From the NCBI GenBank assembly GCA_965203055.1, contig OZ241863.1:2112001-2176000 (forward strand): a DNA stretch of 64,000 bases. The letters are read 5' to 3'. The notes beneath the pieces were generated by a model. That model was not told the DNA's origin, searched no databases, and saw only the letters and a list, made by a program, of their open reading frames with translations. Source of the stretch: Spirochaetia bacterium (lineage in GTDB: Bacteria; Spirochaetota; Spirochaetia; SZUA-6; Bin103). A program made the position numbers and the translations under genes. This document shows positions 59,378-64,000 of the stretch, piece after piece (within the stretch, counting starts at the first letter, position 1; the number at the start of each line of letters is the position of its first letter).

Positions 59378-60538
59378 TCAGTGCCGTCGTACCATGAATT
59401 GTGCGGGATCTTGACTGAACTTCCTTAGCAGAAGGTTGCTAAGTCGCACTAATCCCGCGGAGCTTTCGTGTGTACATAAGTGCAACCCGTTTGACAACTC
59501 ACGACTGGATCGAAAGCGATCACCGTTGGCCTGAACTGGGGTATCGTGGATAGTATATCGTTGCCCGCGTAACACGATCGGACAATCTTCAGCCGTTACC
59601 TTACCCATTCTGATGAGCCATTCGGTAATTTCAACAAGGATATCATACCACTTGACAATCTGGCGTTCTGACTGATCCGGAAGCCGTAAGGACCTGGGTG
59701 GCGAAGGCTTTTCAGTTGTGATCGGAGAGAACTTGGAGAGTTTGATCAATCCGGTATCGGTATCATGGACAACGTCAGGTTTCTGATCGACAGCTACTCT
59801 CGACATCCTTTCACGGTTCGCTGGTGAGGTGACTTGTGAGCCATGGCGCGTTGACGGCGTCGTCGTAACGATGGACTTTGATTTGTCCATCAGAAATCGT
59901 CGACACGAATCCAGATCGGGTTTGTCACCATTCATTTCTTCATACTTATCCGCCAACAGATCCAGCAGCAACGAATCGGGTTCTTCAAGCAAAGCACGCC
60001 ATATTTTTGGAAGCGCGCCCGCTGTCTCTCGTGCTCTGACCACATCTTGATAATCTGACCGCGCTGCGTCAAGGGCTTTACCGGAGCTTACCCTGTCATA
60101 GCTCAGGTATCGGTCCAACAAGCCTGCAGACTCATCGACGTCTTGCTGCAGGAGCCGTAATTTACAAACCATTCTCTCATCGTAGTTCCCCCGCTCACCA
60201 GGAAGAAATAAGCTCCACTCTCGACCATCCGTCAAGACGGCCATCGGGACCCCCGAATGGAAGACGTACTCGAACAGTTGCCTGTCCGCCCCGTCCGTTA
60301 GACCAACGTTCTTGACTTCGATAAAGACGACAGGACGCTCTGCCGGATCGCACAGTGCGTAATCGACGCGGCGTCCTTCGAGCGAGAACTCCGGGTATAC
60401 AACATTAGTATCAAAGACAGGCCATCCCAGCTCGTTCAGTACCGGCAAGAGGACACCTTGGGACACAGCCCTCTCGGAAGGAAAATCTCCTCTCCGCAGT
60501 CGTTCTCGCACTCTTTCAAGGTGGTCTGACAGCGCCAT
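59378..60538 (-). CDS. HsdR N-terminal-like (PD-(D/E)XK) restriction-type nuclease domain protein
   Basis: PVLNELGW..D...VYPEF..RVDYAL...FIEVK...QLFEY...AVLTDGREW; lower GC. Confidence 0.85.
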   Translation of the reverse strand: MALSDHLERVRERLRRGDFPSERAVSQGVLLPVLNELGWPVFDTNVVYPEFSLEGRRVDYALCDPAERPVVFIEVKNVGLTDGADRQLFEYVFHSGVPMAVLTDGREWSLFLPGERGNYDERMVCKLRLLQQDVDESAGLLDRYLSYDRVSSGKALDAARSDYQDVVRARETAGALPKIWRALLEEPDSLLLDLLADKYEEMNGDKPDLDSCRRFLMDKSKSIVTTTPSTRHGSQVTSPANRERMSRVAVDQKPDVVHDTDTGLIKLSKFSPITTEKPSPPRSLRLPDQSERQIVKWYDILVEITEWLIRMGKVTAEDCPIVLRGQRYTIHDTPVQANGDRFRSSRELSNGLHLCTHESSAGLVRLSNLLLRKFSQDPAQFMVRRH

Positions 60539-60557
60539 CGGTGTTTCCCGTGCTCCG

Positions 60558-61487
60558 TTATGCGGAGGCGGGGGTGGGGAGTCTGGGCGCCGGATGGGCG
60601 AGCTGCGGGTGCGCGATCAAGTGGCGGTATACGTCGCTGCAAGAGGCGAGGGTCAGGCCGGCGCGGCGGGCGTGTTCCAGCAGCAGGTCGATCTGGCCGG
60701 CGCCGCGGTCCACGCGGTAGACCGACCAGGGATGGAAGCAGGGGGAGTAGGTCAGCAACCCCTCGTCGCGGGCGTAGTCGATGCCGGGAGCGTATGCCTG
60801 GTACACCTCGCGGCCGGTGGCGGGGATCCGGGACGGGTAGCCCCACGGCAAGGCCGGAGGCCAGGCGACGGCCGCCGGTTGGCCGGTGAGGATGTTGTCG
60901 TGCCAGGCGTGGGCGGAGATCTCCAGCAGTTCGGGGTAGCCGTCGTCGCTGAACCGGAAAGGCTGCGTAAGCGGCGCGGGAGCGACCTGATTAGCCTGCC
61001 AGCTCAGGGTGCGCACGTAGCGGTAGCCCGCCTCCCACAATGCCTCCAGCAGCCGCGTCTCGCCGAGGAAGCCGTGCGCGAAGCCGCCCGGCGCGGTAAA
61101 GCCGATCACCTCGCGCCCGAACAGCTCCTCGATGATCCGTTTCGAGTCGACCAGTTCGCGGCGCACCGCGCCCGCATCGTCGCGGATGGCCACCATGTTT
61201 TCGTGCGTGAAGCTGTGCGACTGCAGATCGAACAGGTCGTGATCCAGGATCTCCCGCAGGCGCGCTCCCGCGGCCACGGCAAGCCGGGCTACGATGAAGA
61301 AGGTAGCCGGCGCCCGGCGGCGCAGATGCACCTCGGCCACCGCCCGCACGCCGTCCAGGCACTCGTCGAGGCGCGTTCCCTCATAGCTCACCGCCTGCTG
61401 ATAGGTCGTTGCGGAATAGGGCTTGGCGCCGAGCTCCCACCAGGGATAGATCGCTTCGGTGTCGTATCCGGCTGCGTAGAAGGTCAT
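60558..61487 (-). CDS. Polysaccharide deacetylase family protein
   Basis: GYDTE, ATFFIV, QSHSFTH, GFTAPGG, FHPW. Confidence 0.85.
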   Translation of the reverse strand: MTFYAAGYDTEAIYPWWELGAKPYSATTYQQAVSYEGTRLDECLDGVRAVAEVHLRRRAPATFFIVARLAVAAGARLREILDHDLFDLQSHSFTHENMVAIRDDAGAVRRELVDSKRIIEELFGREVIGFTAPGGFAHGFLGETRLLEALWEAGYRYVRTLSWQANQVAPAPLTQPFRFSDDGYPELLEISAHAWHDNILTGQPAAVAWPPALPWGYPSRIPATGREVYQAYAPGIDYARDEGLLTYSPCFHPWSVYRVDRGAGQIDLLLEHARRAGLTLASCSDVYRHLIAHPQLAHPAPRLPTPASA

Positions 61488-61577
61488 GACGGCATCGACC
61501 TTACTCCGGGGTCCGGCGCAACGCAAGCCGCCGCCCCCACCGGTAGCTTACGTCGCAAGGCTCGTAGGCCGGCATGT

Positions 61578-61648
61578 ATACGCCGGTGGACAACATGCCC
61601 TCCGAGAAGCAGCGATTCACGTGGACGGCGGCATCGCCATGGGCTAGC
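61578..61648 (+). repeat. Intergenic chimera: Uma2 fragment fused to an inverted copy of an SDR 3' end
   Basis: 61578-61613 matches 44770-44805 (1 mismatch); 61612-61648 is the exact reverse complement of 36011-36047. Confidence 0.85.
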
Positions 61649-61659
61649 GAGCCAACCGG

Positions 61660-62751
61660 CTACGCTTCGCGGTAGGGGCGCAGCGTCTCGTAGCGCGGCT
61701 CCAGGCCGATCCCCGGCACCTCCGGCGGACTCACGGTGCCGTCGTCGTTCAGGGTCAAGGTCTCGGTGTAGATCTTCCCCCACATCGGATCCAGGTAGCG
61801 CGGGTAGAACTCCAGAATGAGACCGTTGGCGATGGCGCTCACCAGGTGAACGTGCACTTCCTGCGCGCCGTGCGGGGCAATGTCGAGATCGTGCGCCTGG
61901 GCCAGCGCCGTCACCTTCATGAACTCCGAGATGCCGCCGAGGATCACCGCGTCGGGATTCAGGATCGGCACGCAGCCGGTGGCGATCAGATCGCGGAACC
62001 CGTAGCGGGTGTACTCGTTTTCGCCGGTGGCGAGCGGGATGGTGGTCTTCTCGGCGACGCGCTTGTGTCCCTCGTAGTCGTCCGGGGCGATCGGCTCCTC
62101 GAACCAGAACGGGTCATACTCCGCTACCCGCTCGGCGACCTGCACCGCCTCGTACCAGCGGTAGGCGCAGTTGGCGTCGATCATCAGCTTGACCTCCGGG
62201 CCGACCGCGGCGCGCGCCGCCCGCACCCGGGCCACGTCCTCGGCGATCGGCAGCGCGCCGATCTTCATCTTCACCGCCTTGGCGCCCGCCGCCACGTGGC
62301 CGGCCAACTCCTCCTGCAACTCCTTCAGCCCCTTGCCGTCCTCGTAGTAGCCGCCGGCGACGTAGGTCGGCACGCGCCCGCGGAACCCGCCGAGGAGCCG
62401 GTACAACGGCAGGCCGGCGACCTTGGCGCGCAGGTCCCACAGGGCAATGTCGATGGCGCTGATGGCGCGGGTGGTGAGGCCGCGGCGGCCCACCAGCTTC
62501 GGCACCCACAGCTTGTGCCACAACCGCTCGACGTTGATCGGGTCCTCGCCGATCAGCAGCGGGGTGAAGTGCCTGATGGCGTCTCCCACCACGCCCCGCT
62601 TGGTGGCGCCGATACCGACTCCGGTCACCCCCTCGTCGGTGTCGATGAATACGAAGCCCACGCCGCTGTGGGTGTAGGTGTGCAGGCCGTTGGTGATGGG
62701 CTGGCGGCGCGGCCAGCGGTAACTCTCGACGCGAACGCCGGTGATCTTCAT
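61660..62751 (-). CDS. Mandelate racemase/muconate lactonizing enzyme family protein
   Basis: AISAIDIALWDL, KMKIG, MIDAN, WFEEP, ATGEN. Confidence 0.92.
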   Translation of the reverse strand: MKITGVRVESYRWPRRQPITNGLHTYTHSGVGFVFIDTDEGVTGVGIGATKRGVVGDAIRHFTPLLIGEDPINVERLWHKLWVPKLVGRRGLTTRAISAIDIALWDLRAKVAGLPLYRLLGGFRGRVPTYVAGGYYEDGKGLKELQEELAGHVAAGAKAVKMKIGALPIAEDVARVRAARAAVGPEVKLMIDANCAYRWYEAVQVAERVAEYDPFWFEEPIAPDDYEGHKRVAEKTTIPLATGENEYTRYGFRDLIATGCVPILNPDAVILGGISEFMKVTALAQAHDLDIAPHGAQEVHVHLVSAIANGLILEFYPRYLDPMWGKIYTETLTLNDDGTVSPPEVPGIGLEPRYETLRPYREA

Positions 62752-62969
62752 GAGCGTGCTCCCGTGCTGCGGCGCCGGCCGGGGTCCTGAAGCCCGGCGC
62801 CGCGCCGCGGATGTCGCCGTAACGGAAGCACAACCGGGCCGGCTGGTAAACCGGCTCCGCCGCGCGCCCCGGCACGCCGCCCCGGCGGATTGACTTTGCG
62901 CGCCAACCGGTGGAGCCTGTAGCGCACAGGCGCCGGCCGGCGGCGGCCCGGCGGCGAGGAGGAGCGCGC

Positions 62970-63983
62970 ATGAAGGCAAGGATCGTGGGCCGGCGGCAGG
63001 CGGACGTGGTACCGGCGCCGGTACCTGAGCCGACGGAAGACTGGGCCGTGGTCAAGGTGCACGCCTCGGCCATGTGCACCGAATACAAGGCCTGGCTGGC
63101 CGGGACCCGGCACGAGGTAATCGGCCACGAGGGGGCCGGCGAGGTGGTGGCCGTCGCGCAGCCGGGGCGGGTGCGGGTCGGAGACCGCGTCGTGGTAATG
63201 CCGCAGTTCCCGTGCGGCACCTGCGCCCTGTGCCGCTCCGGCGACTACATCTATTGCGAGGACACCATCGACTACGCGGCCGTGCACGGGACCCAGGACG
63301 GGCGCGGCACGTTCGCGCACCACGTACTCAAGCCATCCTGGCTGCTGCTGCCGATCCCCGACGGGGTGACCTATGAGCAGGCCACCATGGCGATCGACGG
63401 CATCGGCGCCTCGTTCGGCGGCATGCAGGCGATCGGCGTGAATGCCTTCGACACGGTGCTGATCACCGGCCTGGGGCCGGTGGGCCTGGGCGGCGTGATC
63501 AACGCCCGCTTTCGCGGCGCCCGGGTGCTGGCGGTGGAACCGGCGCCGTGGCGGGCTGCGCTGGGCCGCGAACTGGGCGCCGAGGTAGTGCTGAATCCCG
63601 CGGCCGGCGACGTGCCGGCGCGCATCCGCGAGTTGACCGGAGGGCGCGGCGTGGACTGCGCGCTGGACTGTTCCGGGGCGGTTGCCGGCGAGCGGCTGTG
63701 CATCGATGCGGCGCGGCGCCGCGGGCGGGTCGCCTTCGTCGGCGAGAGCGCCAAGGAGCTGGCCGTTACGGTGAGCCCCGACCTGATCCGCAAAGGGCTG
63801 CACGTAGCCGGCACCTGGCTCTACAACCTGCGCGACTACGAGGGGGTGATGCGGGTCATTGCCGAGTCGCCGCTGATCGACAAGCTGATCAGCCACGTCA
63901 TGCCGATGAGCCGCATTCAGGAAGCCTTCGGCCTCCTCGCCGCCGGCGAGGCCGCCAAGATCGTGCTCCACCCCTGGGAGTGA
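62970..63983 (+). CDS. Zinc-binding alcohol dehydrogenase family protein
   Basis: GHEGAGEV, CGTCALC...C, GLGPVG; SD GAGGAGG. Confidence 0.92.
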   Translation: MKARIVGRRQADVVPAPVPEPTEDWAVVKVHASAMCTEYKAWLAGTRHEVIGHEGAGEVVAVAQPGRVRVGDRVVVMPQFPCGTCALCRSGDYIYCEDTIDYAAVHGTQDGRGTFAHHVLKPSWLLLPIPDGVTYEQATMAIDGIGASFGGMQAIGVNAFDTVLITGLGPVGLGGVINARFRGARVLAVEPAPWRAALGRELGAEVVLNPAAGDVPARIRELTGGRGVDCALDCSGAVAGERLCIDAARRRGRVAFVGESAKELAVTVSPDLIRKGLHVAGTWLYNLRDYEGVMRVIAESPLIDKLISHVMPMSRIQEAFGLLAAGEAAKIVLHPWE

Positions 63984-64000
63984 CGGCGCCGCACCGCGGC

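Overview
High-GC bacterial window. A marine or sponge-associated symbiont, possibly a spirochaete, is a tentative inference from gene content only. Layout: (1) 1-10.2 kb is a type I restriction-modification operon (NYN-hsdM...hsdS-hsdR). Its hsdM-hsdS interval carries cargo: two NHLP-leader RiPP precursor genes between a duplicated hsdM 3' end, a DUF2442 gene, and an Rpn nuclease with a probable nested small protein. (2) 10-37 kb holds metabolic and housekeeping genes (ltaE, VKOR-DsbA, fucD, leuB, ligC, glnA, glnE, Prim-PolC). It includes a probable selenoprotein with an in-frame UGA (U-x-x-C) and a SECIS-like hairpin, which the ORF track splits in two. (3) 36.9-50.3 kb is an accessory island. 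Lysis-like small genes precede a ~12 kb block bounded by 84-bp inverted repeats. The block has two copies of a module, [promoter - repeat lipoprotein with variable loops - IS3 end - tail-fibre-like protein], plus silent partial copies, an IS3, a Uma2 nuclease and a LysM-lysozyme-like gene. The two tail-fibre-like C-termini differ almost only by non-synonymous changes. This is the best candidate for an undescribed system. (4) 50-64 kb has a LarA-family gene, PolX-PHP, a sugar ABC transporter, a collapsed rhamnosidase, an HNH pseudogene, an HsdR_N-like nuclease and catabolic enzymes. Short gene-fragment scars occur throughout. No CRISPR array, rRNA or tRNA was seen. All family assignments come from motif recognition by eye, not database searches.
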